A stretch of DNA of 64,000 nt from Candidatus Poribacteria bacterium (GCA_965218095.1 OZ244587.1:320001-384000); one strand, 5' to 3'. Counted from the first letter of the stretch, positions 11,839 to 23,006 are shown. Made by a program: numbers and translations. The notes: a model not told the origin generated them from the sequence alone.

Positions 11839-12864
11839 ATGGATATCCTGATTATCGGCGGCACGCGTTACATGGGTCGGATTGTGGTACAGCGGCTCCT
11901 TGAACGGGGAGACAGGGTCACCGTATTTTCACGGGGAAATACCAGACCAGAATGGTGGAATCAGGTGCCGCATATTCAAGGCAACTGCAATGATCGGTTG
12001 GACTTCACGGAAAAGCTGAAGGGGAAATCATTTGACGTGGTCATGGATACGCAGGCTTTCCAAAAGGAAGATGTCGAATCTGCGGTGAAAACCTTCCACG
12101 GGAATGTCGGTCGCTACCTCATGGTTAGCACCGGGTCGGTCTATTTGGATGGCAAGGTAGACTTTTTCAAGCATGGCGTGTTCAAAGAGTCGATTGTAGA
12201 TTGGTCGTCGCTTGACTACACCTACCCCGAAGGGGAGGACCCGTACGGTGTGGGCAAGCAACACTGCGAAAAATGGCTACAGGAAAACAGCACGGTGCCA
12301 TACACGATAATCCGTATTCCCTCAGTCATGGGGTGGGACGATCCGACCGGACGGATGTGGTGGTGGGTACAGAGGGCGCTGGACGGACGCGGCGTCATGA
12401 TTCCATTAGAGGATCGCGCCCTGGTTCGCACGCTCTATTCTGCTGATGCGGCGGAGGCTTTCATCCGTGTGCTTGATGTGCCGGATACGGCAAACCAAAC
12501 CTATCATATCGCCATGCAGGAAATTATGACCATAGAACGTTGGGCAGATCTCATCTGGCGGGCGGCCGGTCATGCGTGCAAGATTACCTACGTTCCACGG
12601 AAGGTTATCCACAAGCAAGCCAGCTTGGTAGCTTATGCACCCCCTCTGAGCCAGTCTGTTTCGTACATCTACAATTTGGCCAAGGCAGAGCGTGAATTCA
12701 GCTTCAGCACCACGCCTGTGGAGGAATGGATTCAGACCACCGTGGACTGGTATCATCAGCATTACGAAGGCGATAATTCAGAGGGCTATGAATATCGGGA
12801 AGAAGAGTTGGGGTTGGCGGCAAAGTGGGAGGAGAAGTTTGATCAGTTGATTTCAGCATTTTGA
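11839..12864 (+). CDS. NAD-dependent epimerase/dehydratase family protein
   Basis: GGTRYMG, STGSVY, YGVGK. Confidence 0.88.
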   Translation: MDILIIGGTRYMGRIVVQRLLERGDRVTVFSRGNTRPEWWNQVPHIQGNCNDRLDFTEKLKGKSFDVVMDTQAFQKEDVESAVKTFHGNVGRYLMVSTGSVYLDGKVDFFKHGVFKESIVDWSSLDYTYPEGEDPYGVGKQHCEKWLQENSTVPYTIIRIPSVMGWDDPTGRMWWWVQRALDGRGVMIPLEDRALVRTLYSADAAEAFIRVLDVPDTANQTYHIAMQEIMTIERWADLIWRAAGHACKITYVPRKVIHKQASLVAYAPPLSQSVSYIYNLAKAEREFSFSTTPVEEWIQTTVDWYHQHYEGDNSEGYEYREEELGLAAKWEEKFDQLISAF

Positions 12865-12907
12865 GTCCCAACTGAATTTGCGCTAGGTTCTTATCTCGAC
12901 AGTTATT

Positions 12908-12980
12908 ATCCGCAGATTTCGCTGATTCACGCCGATCTTATCAAAGAAATCCGCGAAAATCGGTGTGAATCAGCGGATAA
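12908..12980. repeat. Imperfect palindrome of the CGCAGAT.../...ATCTGCG family (relatives near 14370-14415, 24351-24520, 61926-61988)
   Basis: ATCCGCAGATTTCGCTGATTCACGCCGAT ... ATCGGTGTGAATCAGCGGAT. Confidence 0.6.
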
Positions 12981-13060
12981 AAAAGGGAGCACAACCAATT
13001 ATCACGGATCAGAATCCACCGGCTCTCAGACTCAGCTTGTCAACCAGAGAGGATTCTACC

Positions 13061-13729
13061 ATGAGCGGCTATGCACTACGGTTGCTAGAGGATTACCTAA
13101 CCAAAGGCAGCGAGATTTCGCCCGCGCTGCCACCACGAAATCGAGTAGTGTATGTGGTAGAAGGAGACATGACGATTATCGCCAACGAGCAGCCTCACGA
13201 ATTCGCTCAAAAGAACGCGTGGTTTGGCGCGGGCTCTTGCTCTCTGAAGGCCGGGGCGCAGGGCACCTGGCTCTGGCGGTGGGAACTTGTGAGGGCGCCT
13301 GCGGCTGACGATGGCATCGCCTCAGGCAATGGGGTTATGTCTCAGTTAAAGCAATATCGAGAGCTCGATTTGGAATCTCAGGGCGAATACCTGATGCGCT
13401 GTGATCGGGTCGATTTTCCTTTGGGGGGCATCGCCTACACACACACGCATGCGGGCCCCGGTATCCGCTGCCTTTTACAGGGCGAAATTCGGATCCGAGT
13501 GAACGAGAGAGAATTGCTGATACACCCGGGTGTATCATGGTTTGAAAGCGGCCCCGACCCGGTCCTGGCGACGACTTCAGCCACCCATCTGACCAGCTTT
13601 GTCCGCGCAATGATCCTCCCACGCTCCCTGAAGGGAGAAAGCTCAATACATTACGTAAGACCCGAAGACCAAGACAAACCGAAAACCCAACAGTACACCC
13701 GATTCGTTGACGAATTCATTGAAATTTGA
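13061..13729 (+). CDS. Cupin-fold protein
   Basis: HTHAGPGIRCLLQG, WFESGPDPV. Confidence 0.75.
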   Translation: MSGYALRLLEDYLTKGSEISPALPPRNRVVYVVEGDMTIIANEQPHEFAQKNAWFGAGSCSLKAGAQGTWLWRWELVRAPAADDGIASGNGVMSQLKQYRELDLESQGEYLMRCDRVDFPLGGIAYTHTHAGPGIRCLLQGEIRIRVNERELLIHPGVSWFESGPDPVLATTSATHLTSFVRAMILPRSLKGESSIHYVRPEDQDKPKTQQYTRFVDEFIEI

Positions 13730-13731
13730 TT

Positions 13732-13762
13732 TTGAACCGGTTGAAACTTTTCACGCTAGTAA
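13732..13762 (+). repeat. 31-bp sequence with an exact inverted copy at 38577-38607
   Basis: TTGAACCGGTTGAAACTTTTCACGCTAGTAA. Confidence 0.9.
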
Positions 13763-13938
13763 ATGGCGTAGGTTAGTACTACAACGAGACTTCGTAAAAC
13801 GGGGATTTCGTAGAGCCTGCTGCTAGCTGATTCATATACTTCTGCGGTGGCAGAGCAGATGGGCTGGCAACCCGCTCTACTTCTGAAAATCTCGTTGTAG
13901 GGACCTCTAAGAAAATAATCCTTCCAACCGCTCTCGCC

Positions 13939-13974
13939 GGATTGCCAAATCTGACGATCGGAATTTGGCAATCC
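13939..13974. repeat. GGATTGCCAAATC...ATTTGGCAATCC REP-like palindrome (also about 14297-14337 and 18356-18407)
   Basis: Three intergenic copies of the same inverted-repeat arms. Confidence 0.7.
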
Positions 13975-14427
13975 CGATCAAGCAGGTGGAAAATTTTATT
14001 TTTTGGAAAAGCCTTACGCTTCACTTTTCGATTCTTCTGCCATGATGTTTTTGTATTGGCCCACAACATGTTGAATACGGCGAGATTCACTGGAAATTAT
14101 ACCAATTATGGAGAGCGTGACATTTCCATTATTCCCCTAATCCGCAGCGAATTGAGTTTATCAGCTCATCCTCCTGCAAGATGTATTTGACCATTACAGA
14201 ATATGGATGTTTTCTGCGATTTTGGGAAAATTATGTAGTGGTCAACATGATGATCGTCCCCCCCTCGGTGTGGCCCCGATAGATCGGGATGCGAGCAATT
14301 GACAAATCCACGCCATAGCCGATGGATTTGCCAATCCATCGGGAGCGGTGTCAAGCATCCTCCTGACTATTACAGATTTTGAGAAGATTAACACACAGGA
14401 ATCTGCGAAATCCTGGGGAGAAAGCCA

Positions 14428-15774
14428 ATGTCAGATACAAACAAGAAAAACGCGCTGTTCCACCGCGATCTGCATTACAACTATCCTCTCCTTGTGCGCG
14501 GGGAAGGAATTTACCTTTATGATAATACCGGCAAACGCTACATTGACGGCGTCGCTGGCGCGAGCAATGTCACCCTGGGGCACGGTCGCCGGCGTATCGC
14601 GGATGCGATGGCAGACCAGGGCCGCACGCTCGCCTACTGCTTCTCAACACATTTTACCAACCAACCCGCGCTAGACCTCGCCGAGCGGATTGGAGAGATA
14701 GCGCCTGGCGACCTCAACTACGTCTACTTTGCCTCCGGAGGCTCGGAGGGCATTGAAACCGCGATCAAGATTGCTCGCCAGTATCATGTGCAGCGTGGCA
14801 ATGGGCAGAAATATCAGGTCATCGCTCGCTGGCGTGGCTACCATGGCGCGACGCTCGGCGCCGTGGGAGCTACAGGGATGCCGGGGATGCGAGCGCCTTT
14901 CGCGCCGTTGCTGCCCAATTTCTCGCACATCGCGCCCTGCTATCCCTACCGCTGCCCGTTTGCCGAGTGTGAGGGGAAATGCAATCTGACCTGCGCCCGC
15001 GAACTGGAGCAGGCGATTTTGCAGGCTGGACCGGAGAATGTCGCCGCCTTCGTCGCTGAACCGGTGGTCCTTGGGGGCGTCGCCGGTGGCATACCGCCAT
15101 CGGATTACTATCCGCTCATCCGCGAAATCTGCGACAAGTATGACGTCCTGTTTATCGCCGATGAAATCATCACTGGCTTTGGGCGTAGCGGCAGGTATTT
15201 TGCCATCGAGCATTGGGATGTTACGCCAGATATGATTGTCTTCGGAAAGGCAGCGAGCAGCGGCTATGCCCCTTTGAGTGGCGTGATCATTCGGGATAAG
15301 ATTCGTGATATTTTCGCTGAGGGCGGCAAACCCTTCGCCCACATTTTCACCTACGTCAATAATCCCATTCCGATGCGGGTTGGGCTGGAGGTGCTGGACA
15401 TCATTGAAGATGAGGGTATCCTTGAGCATACCGTGCAGATGGGCGAGTACCTGTTGGGGCGCGCGGCGGCGTTGCACGCGCATCCAAGCGTCGGTGAGAT
15501 TCGCGGGATAGGACTGATTCTCGGTATCGAGTTGGTACGTAACAAAGAGAGCAAAGAACCCTTTCCTGCATCGCTCGGAGTCCACAAGCGCCTCAACAAA
15601 ATTCTGCTGGACAAAGGACTGTCCGTGGGAACCTTCGGCGGTGTGGCTGACTGGGTGAACGGCGACGACCTGCGCTTCTATCCGCCGCTCATTATCACTC
15701 GCGGGCAGATTGACGAAGCGCTTAGTATCCTCGACGAGGGATTGGGGGAGTTGGAGGATGAACTATCGATCTAA
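14428..15774 (+). CDS. Class III PLP-dependent aminotransferase
   Basis: SGGSEG, YHG, FIADEIITGFGRSG, FGKA (PLP lysine). Confidence 0.93.
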   Translation: MSDTNKKNALFHRDLHYNYPLLVRGEGIYLYDNTGKRYIDGVAGASNVTLGHGRRRIADAMADQGRTLAYCFSTHFTNQPALDLAERIGEIAPGDLNYVYFASGGSEGIETAIKIARQYHVQRGNGQKYQVIARWRGYHGATLGAVGATGMPGMRAPFAPLLPNFSHIAPCYPYRCPFAECEGKCNLTCARELEQAILQAGPENVAAFVAEPVVLGGVAGGIPPSDYYPLIREICDKYDVLFIADEIITGFGRSGRYFAIEHWDVTPDMIVFGKAASSGYAPLSGVIIRDKIRDIFAEGGKPFAHIFTYVNNPIPMRVGLEVLDIIEDEGILEHTVQMGEYLLGRAAALHAHPSVGEIRGIGLILGIELVRNKESKEPFPASLGVHKRLNKILLDKGLSVGTFGGVADWVNGDDLRFYPPLIITRGQIDEALSILDEGLGELEDELSI

Positions 15775-15835
15775 CAGCAGACCCCTTGAACTGAAGGCTA
15801 GATTGGGGCTTTTCCAATATCTCGTTCTCCCATTT

Positions 15836-18277
15836 TCACCGACTGTCCTGCTTCCTCATTTCTACCACCAACGCTCCCCGATTCACCGAACCCGCTTCGA
15901 TTTCCTGCTGAACGTACCCCGCTGCCCGAATAACAACGCGATACCGTCTCGCTTCGATTCCACGGAAGACGACTTTTCCAGCCGAATCTGTCACTAACGG
16001 AAAAGTATCGTCTAATGTCACTCTTGCTCCGGCGACGGATTTCCGTGAGGTCTGATCAACAATCTGAATTTCAAGTTGCGTTTGGAGCAACTCAGTGTCC
16101 TTCAGAAATTGCCACGTTCCCAAAAAGATTGCATACGCCTCCTGCGCGATTAGTGCGGGTGAATCAGCGGGCTCATGTAGATGTGGGTGGTTGATGGAAT
16201 GGATTTCGAGTGCGAGCGCAGGTTTGTTCGTCCACCGAATCTCCGGCGATTCCTCATCCCTAACAGTTTCGATCGGTGTCTCGAATAGAACGATGTTAAA
16301 TTGTTCAAGTATCGCCTTGAGGTAATTTTCCGTGACCTGATTCCCCGGATAATTGGCGGCGATTGCCGATGGCGCGCCTTCTACCCACGCACCGTGATCG
16401 ATACGGAGGTAGTACCCCTCCCGTTTGACTGCGTTCACAACCTTGATCCGTTTTGCGACAGAGATTTTTTCATCTTTCTCTCGAACGAGATAAACCCTCG
16501 CTCCGGCAATCTCCAACATCTCCTTCAGGGCTTTGACCACGGTGAGGTTGAGGTCCGCGGCGGCGACGGAATCTGTGATGGGCTTTCCCCGTTCAGAACC
16601 GCCGTAGCGTGCATCAAGGACGAAGACGTGCTCGATGAGCGCCCCCTCGGCAATCGGGTGTAATGCGGGGCGGACGATCTGCGCTTCGTTTGACACCACT
16701 TTGGCCTTCAGTCTGAGGTTGTAGTAGCCCGCCTTTGAAACGTGAAGCGTCGTGCGCCCCGGCGGAACGTTATCGAAAAAGAAACGCCCATCCGGATTGG
16801 TCTGCGTGGTTCTGTTCTTTTTCGTTACCAACTGTGCGATTGCATCTGCAACGGCGTTTCCGTCTACATCACGGACCGTCCCCTGAACAATCCCGCCGCG
16901 AATCTCACCAAATCGGATGGTGATTGCTTCCCGCTTCTCCTTGTAAACCACTTCCACCTGTGCAATGCCCGACTGTGGCTGGGTTGCATCGGTGTGCAGG
17001 TAAAATTGCGCTTCTCCGTTTTTCGACAACTGCATTGTTTTGGCAAGCCTTCCCAGCGATGTCTGGGCGTGAATCGGCTCATCATCGGCGATTGGCAGAC
17101 CGTCTTTGTCGAACGCGGTGACGGTGATGCCGACATAGCTCTTTCCATCGGGTGGGATGACCTCCGTCCACGCGCTAAGTTTCATCGTCGCAGCGGGCGG
17201 GGCAACTTTGAACCACTGATCACCGGGAAGGCTGTGATTGCCGTAGTAGTTGATGAGGACTGTTTCGACGAAATGCACTCCGTTGGAGATCGGCTTCTTC
17301 AGCTTGACCACAATCAGATCTTTGGCGCGGAGATACTGATGGGGCACGACGACGCCATCGAGTTTGACATAGATGGCGTCAGAAAAGACCTGCTGCCGCT
17401 TGAGCATCCACGCACCACGCGCATGCAAGCCATCCATGACGCGAATCTGGATGCGCGGCGTTTTGGTTTCAACCGACGACTCCGCTGGTGGGGTCACCAA
17501 AACGCCCTTGGGAAATCCCGCCGCAGCGTAACGCGCAATCCCGAGAAAATAGCCGTAAGCCTCGCGTTTGTTGTATGACTTCTTTTTCAAACGCTTCTCT
17601 TCTGCGCGGTTGGAATAGAACGACGCTTCGCACAAAACAGCGGTGGGCTCCGCCAGACGCAGCACGCCAAATCCCGAAGGCACAACCAACTGATCCGAAT
17701 AGAGCCCGGTTGGGGGGAATTGCGCCAGGCGGAGGGCTTCAGCGACACCCTGCTGAATGTACCGAGCGAGGTCTAAACTGGCGCGAGCATCATCGGCATC
17801 TTGATGATACCATGTGGAGGTGTAATTCGTTTTGGGGTCTGTGAAAAAATTGTGATGGAGAGAAATAAAAAAATCGACTGCGTTCTGATTGGCAATCTCA
17901 ATGCGGACTGGAATGCTGACGAAGGAATCATCGGTTCGCGTCATGAGGACAATCGCACCTACCTCCGTCAGAAACTCACGCAGATAGAGTGCAACGCGCA
18001 GGTTGACCTCCGCTTCGCGGAGCCCTGTCGGGCCACGCTTATAATTTGACAGGTGGGCACCTCCGCCATGTCCCGGGTCCAGGCAGATTTTGATGCCCTT
18101 AAGATAACGGGCATAGGGTGGTATCGCGAAATTGGCTTTGGGCAGTTTGTGCCACTCGTCATGTTTTTCGCCGCAGCCGGTCAGGGCTATTGATACGATA
18201 AGGGCAACGGAAAGGAAAAGTGTTAAGGAGGACACGCTGAGAACATGAGGTGGAAGTTTCAGATGACCATTTATCAT
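15836..18277 (-). CDS. N-acetylmuramoyl-L-alanine amidase lipoprotein with Ig-like/carboxypeptidase-regulatory domains and a second degenerate amidase domain
   Basis: Lipobox LTGC; LDPGHGG...EAEVNL...SLHHN...CE; second copy LDARYGG lacks the His; start uncertain. Confidence 0.85.
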   Translation of the reverse strand: MINGHLKLPPHVLSVSSLTLFLSVALIVSIALTGCGEKHDEWHKLPKANFAIPPYARYLKGIKICLDPGHGGGAHLSNYKRGPTGLREAEVNLRVALYLREFLTEVGAIVLMTRTDDSFVSIPVRIEIANQNAVDFFISLHHNFFTDPKTNYTSTWYHQDADDARASLDLARYIQQGVAEALRLAQFPPTGLYSDQLVVPSGFGVLRLAEPTAVLCEASFYSNRAEEKRLKKKSYNKREAYGYFLGIARYAAAGFPKGVLVTPPAESSVETKTPRIQIRVMDGLHARGAWMLKRQQVFSDAIYVKLDGVVVPHQYLRAKDLIVVKLKKPISNGVHFVETVLINYYGNHSLPGDQWFKVAPPAATMKLSAWTEVIPPDGKSYVGITVTAFDKDGLPIADDEPIHAQTSLGRLAKTMQLSKNGEAQFYLHTDATQPQSGIAQVEVVYKEKREAITIRFGEIRGGIVQGTVRDVDGNAVADAIAQLVTKKNRTTQTNPDGRFFFDNVPPGRTTLHVSKAGYYNLRLKAKVVSNEAQIVRPALHPIAEGALIEHVFVLDARYGGSERGKPITDSVAAADLNLTVVKALKEMLEIAGARVYLVREKDEKISVAKRIKVVNAVKREGYYLRIDHGAWVEGAPSAIAANYPGNQVTENYLKAILEQFNIVLFETPIETVRDEESPEIRWTNKPALALEIHSINHPHLHEPADSPALIAQEAYAIFLGTWQFLKDTELLQTQLEIQIVDQTSRKSVAGARVTLDDTFPLVTDSAGKVVFRGIEARRYRVVIRAAGYVQQEIEAGSVNRGALVVEMRKQDSR

Positions 18278-18467
18278 TAGAAGCTGACGGTGTACAGTGC
18301 AGTAGTGCTCTGTGAAATAAGTTTTGACGAACCCGCTCACCACTCGACTCGGCTTGGATTGCCAAATCCAAGCCAATTCTGAAGGATTTGCTGTGGATTT
18401 GGCAATCCACACCGAGCGGGGTTATCAGGGGTTACTTTACAGATCACTAAGTTACCAAAGTCAAGGA

Positions 18468-19528
18468 TTACTCCTCCGCATACACCACGCTCTCTATGTC
18501 GCGTGTCTCTGAGTCCTGGTTACCGCCCCAGGACATAAAGTAGAGAATCATGAAGCGGTCACCATTGAGTGGGATGATGCTAGAGTAGCCGCCGATTGTG
18601 CGGCCGAGGGTAACTGACTCATGGACAGAGGAGTTGACCATACCAGCGTTGGTGAGTTGCGCCAGGTACCATTCCAATCGCCTTCGTGGGAGTAATTGCT
18701 GAATCCGACGCCGCACCACCCCTGATCCAAATCGCCAACCCAGCGGTATGAGCACAGTAGTGTCCCTTTTCGGGTGAGAAACAGTGTCGGTGAGTGTCCG
18801 TAGATGGGATACATGGTCAGTTCCAAGTCAGACCATGTGCGTCCTTTGTCTTCTGAGAAGGTCCAGTAAAGGGGCATCATGCCGTGGCCCGCGGGGGAGT
18901 CGTCGCTTGCAACGATTGCCATCAGGCGGCCGTCGGGCAATTCTATCACCTCGTTTTGGGCGATGACGCCGCGACAGAGGAGGACTCCCTCATCCCAGGT
19001 GCGCCCGCCATCAACTGACCGGAGTTGGACGCTAACCGCAACCCGTTCACCTCGGAAGCGTCCCCACACCGGCATGAGCAGTGTGCCGTTGGATAACTCG
19101 CGGATCTTGCCGTAGGTGTGCACCTCGGACCAATCAAAGCCAGCAATCTCTTTGCCGACAGGTTCAGGATCTGACCAGGATTCGCCGTTGTCTGTAGAGC
19201 GGCACAGGTATACACCCTAATGGGGACCTCCCGTGCCAGAAAGGGGTAACAGTATCGTCCCATCGCTGATCTCCGCCATACCATGATAAGCCAAAAATGA
19301 CGTCGGATGGTCAGGGCGTGACGGGATGAACTGATGGATGGGGCCTTCCCAGGTCCGTCCTCTGTCGCGGGAACGTTTTGCTCCTGAGATGGTCCGCGGT
19401 TGTTCTGAAGTGATGTCCGGGTAACGCGCTGTCACCAGAATATCGCCGTTCTGCAAACGCTCCCCGCCCGGCGTGGCGACATTCTCGGCCCAGATGACGA
19501 CGCGACTTTCACGATGAAACTGTGGCAT
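18468..19528 (-). pseudogene. Sialidase/BNR-repeat protein pseudogene
   Basis: Asp-boxes SRDRGRTW, STDNGESW, SVDGGRTW, SEDKGRTW; in-frame TAG 19217; frameshift near 18630. Confidence 0.85.
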
Positions 19529-19915
19529 GTGTGCCTCCTCAAGGAATTATCAGTAATCAAAAACAAGCAAGCTTCGTTAGTTTTCCCCAAACCGCTCGAC
19601 AAACGCTGTATGTTCAGCGGTCTCTAGGTCACTAAGATTTCATATAATTCTGTCCAAACTATAGAACCACAGATAAGGGAAGAATCGCCTGCCTGTGACG
19701 AAGGCAGACAGACCTTTTCCTCCCTCCTTCCTTTTTTCCCTTCCTTCCGTTTCGGCGTCTCAGTCCATCATTTCAAACCCAAACAGGTATATAAATGAAA
19801 AACTCGTATCAATTATCTGAAGAGAAGGATATTCTCTGCACCATCTCGGCTCCAATTGATGCCGCGTAACTTCTGAAAGTTATGTTCGACTGATTGTGCA
19901 GCAAGTTGCATAGTG

Positions 19916-19946
19916 AAAAAGAGCCCCATGCATGATGCACAGGGCT
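19916..19946 (-). terminator. Rho-independent terminator, identical copy at 26758-26788
   Basis: AGCCCTGTGCAT..ATGCATGGGGCT hairpin followed by CTTTTT on minus strand, just after the CTD gene stop. Confidence 0.8.
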
Positions 19947-19968
19947 AAGACGCTGACAGAATAGAACA

Positions 19969-21041
19969 CTACTTCAGAATGATTAGCTTCTTCGTCGCGG
20001 CAAAGTCCCCAGCTTGCAGGTGGTAGAAATAGATTCCGCTGGAAACCGGCTCACCTGTGTCATTGCGACCATCCCAGTAAATCGCCTGCTCCTTGGAATC
20101 ATACACAGTGGCAGGCTGATGTCCGACTTTGAACGTGCGGACAACCTGACCCATCAGGTCAGAGATGGTCAACGTGACTGAAGCATCTTCTGCCAACCGA
20201 TACGGAATCTACGTCTCGGGATTGAAAGGATTGGGGAAGTTTTGAAGCAGCGCCGTCCGTTTGACCTGACCTAACGTGGTTGCCGTCAATGCAGACAACT
20301 CGACAGCAAGGGCAAGATCACCGGTCGCATCATAGACATAGGCTGAGCCGGCAGCATCATCGTCCAAAGTCGTCCCGATGATGGCGGAGTTTCTGCTGAT
20401 AGAGACGGAACCGCCGAACCTGTCCCCTGCCGCCGCGTTGCTGGCAGTTACCTTTGCCCTCTCAATCCAGGATGTGCCGCTGCGTAAAAAGGAATAGGCT
20501 GCGCCGGAATTGCTTCCGTTCTCATCGTGCCGATAGGCTCCGACGAGGGCGGCAATGTTTCCGCTGCTGCCGGTGATGGATACGGAAATTCCGAAGTCGT
20601 CACCTTTGCCGCATCACTGGCAGTGAGCTTTGCCTGCTCTTTCCAACTACTCCCGCTACGCGCGAAGACATACGCCGAGCCGACGTCCGGACGTCCAGCG
20701 TCATCATCATCTTGAGGCATCCCGGCGATGACAGTGTCCCCGCTGATGGCGACGGAACGGCCGTAGAAGTCACCTCCCTCTCCATCCTTGGTAGTGAGCT
20801 TCGCCTGCTCGGTCCAAATCCCCTCACTGCACACAAAGATATAGGCCGAACCGGACCGATCTCCGTCATCATCGTTACCCGGCGCCCCGACGATGGCATA
20901 GTCCCCGCTGATGGAGACCGAAGTGCTGAAGTTGTCATCTGCTGCCTTGTCGCCGGCGGTCAGTTTGACCTCCTCGGCGTGGGTTGTGGTTGCTTGGCAA
21001 ATCAGCAACATAGCAAGAAACAACATCAATAGCTTTTTCAT
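19969..21041 (-). pseudogene. Secreted FG-GAP-repeat protein with FlgD-Ig/T9SS-like CTD, pseudogene
   Basis: Signal peptide, SVSISGDYAIVGA repeats, QNFPNPFNPET*IPY (TAG 20209 at conserved Trp), frameshift near 20600, ends KKLIILK. Confidence 0.85.
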
Positions 21042-21473
21042 CAGTTCGCTCCTTTGAGTTCCTTCCTCGCGTTGGATAGGTTGGAGAATTGCCGTTTGAC
21101 AGAGCCATTATAGCAGAAAATCAAACTGTTGTCACCATCAAAAATGCTGCTTTTCAAACCCGACTGCCCAACCGTGATAGAAATACCTCTAAAACACCCT
21201 TAGAAGCCCTGTGAGAGAATTATCGGTTAGTTCGATATAAGGTAGGAAGCCACATGTGAGCGAGTGTATGAGGAAGTCGGAAAGTAAGAGAGTGGACAGG
21301 TGAGCAGAAGGAGTGTACCACTTGTCCTTACTTCCTCGTCTTCTCGCCATCTCACTTTCTCCCCCGCCTCCTCGTTTCCCCAACATGGGGACAGATCAAA
21401 GCGCGGCTGAAGTGATTGGGTGATGGCATGCTGAGTGCTCAGGCGTCCTCGCTTGAGTTTGCTATACACACGA

Positions 21474-22565
21474 TCAGAAGCGAATGAGTCCGCGTGCAAC
21501 CTCCCCATTGAGCATGTCACTGAACGCATCATTCACTTCTTCTAACTGATAGGTTCGGGTAATCAGTTCATCTAACTTGAGCGTCCCAGCACGGTAGAGT
21601 GCAAGCAGGCGTAGCATATCATAGCGAGGGCGTGCCGAACCGTAGTTGCTGCCCATTATCGTTTTTTCGCCCCAAAAGACAATGCCTGCATCAAGGGACA
21701 GCGGTTCGAGAGGTGGGGCGCCAACCCAGATTGCCTTCCCTCGATTTCGTATCGCACGCACCGTTTGTTCGTAGGTTATGCGTGTACCAATCGCCTCAAA
21801 GGCATAATCCGCGCCCAATCCATCCGTCAAGGATTGGATCTCCGGAATCGGATCCACGTCGCTAGCGTTGATGGTATGTGTGGCGCCAAACTGACGCGCC
21901 ATTTCCAGCTTTGAGTCCATCAGATCGACTGCGATAATTCTCTCTGCTCCAGCGATGACAGCCCCCTGGATCACGTTTAAGCCGATGCCGCCGGCACCGA
22001 AAAGGACGACACTGCTCCCCGGCCGTACTTGAGCGGTATTGGTTGCCGCACAAACCCCCGTTGTGACGCTACAACCAATCAGCGCAGCCTTATCCAGCGG
22101 AATGTCCTTATCGATGGGAATGGCGCATTCTTGGGGAATCACGCTGTACTCGGCGAAGGAAGCCACCATTCCAAAATGGTGGATGGACACCCCATTCTTT
22201 TTGTAACGTGTCGTACCATCAGGAAGGCATCCGGGTCCACCCTGTCTCGACGCCAGGCAGAGGTTGGAATAGCCCTGCGTGCAGTAGATACAGTGGCCGC
22301 ATGACGGGACCCACGAAAGAATCACATGATCGCCTGGTTTCACTAAAGTGACGCCTGCGCCGACTTCCTCAACAACACCCGCGCCTTCATCCCCCAACAC
22401 CACGGGGAACGGGACGCTCAACATGCCGGTGACTGCGTGGTAGCAGCTGTGACAAACGCCGGTCGCCGCAACCTTGACGACGACTTCCCCTACTTTAGGA
22501 GCTTCCATCTCAATATCTTCGACGACAACCGGTTGGTTCAATTCATATAAAACAGCAGCTTTCAC
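21474..22565 (-). CDS. Zn-dependent alcohol dehydrogenase
   Basis: GVCHS, GDEGAG, structural Zn Cys cluster, GAGGIG. Confidence 0.93.
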   Translation of the reverse strand: MKAAVLYELNQPVVVEDIEMEAPKVGEVVVKVAATGVCHSCYHAVTGMLSVPFPVVLGDEGAGVVEEVGAGVTLVKPGDHVILSWVPSCGHCIYCTQGYSNLCLASRQGGPGCLPDGTTRYKKNGVSIHHFGMVASFAEYSVIPQECAIPIDKDIPLDKAALIGCSVTTGVCAATNTAQVRPGSSVVLFGAGGIGLNVIQGAVIAGAERIIAVDLMDSKLEMARQFGATHTINASDVDPIPEIQSLTDGLGADYAFEAIGTRITYEQTVRAIRNRGKAIWVGAPPLEPLSLDAGIVFWGEKTIMGSNYGSARPRYDMLRLLALYRAGTLKLDELITRTYQLEEVNDAFSDMLNGEVARGLIRF

Positions 22566-22620
22566 AACTTTTCCTCCAATAGGTAATCGTTAAAAAATGC
22601 TCTGATTTTCTGGTTTAATT

Positions 22621-22818
22621 TTACTTTGGAACAAGCTTATCGCACAAGATGGCTATGATGACTCCCATTATGCAAGAAAACACAATCACTAGGATGAGCG
22701 CCTTTGGATCCTTTGAGAGCTCCATAATCATAAACGGCGCCGCTAGGAATAAGCCTACAAGCGGTCCTTTCACCCACACGGCAGTTCCCAAGTCAATGTA
22801 TTCACCTGTTTCTCCCAT
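22621..22818 (-). CDS. Small membrane protein, probable gene cassette remnant
   Basis: Two hydrophobic helices; directly follows attC-like site 22831-22966 on minus strand. Confidence 0.45.
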   Translation of the reverse strand: MGETGEYIDLGTAVWVKGPLVGLFLAAPFMIMELSKDPKALILVIVFSCIMGVIIAILCDKLVPK

Positions 22819-22830
22819 GTGCGAAAAGAT

Positions 22831-22966
22831 TGTTTAGTCCCGCCAAAAAAATCAGTTACGGCGGGGATTTTGCCGAAGCACGTCCGCCCCACCAAAACCC
22901 GCCATTTGCCTGTTGATGTTCAAAAAACCGAAGGTCCCTGCCGTCAACTACAACGGTTTGTTAGGA
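22831..22966 (-). other. attC-like recombination site
   Basis: Minus strand TCCTAAC-AAACCGTTGTAGTTGACGGC...GCCGTAACTGA; similar to 51554-51664; right core degenerate. Confidence 0.6.
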
Positions 22967-23006
22967 TCGCAATCCTGTTGAGCTTCGTGCCTCAGTCCAG
23001 CTCATT

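Noticed and set aside
14671-15585. Long antisense ORFs (also 1250-1891 and 16742-17578)
   Set aside because: Shadow frames opposite well-supported genes, with no motifs.
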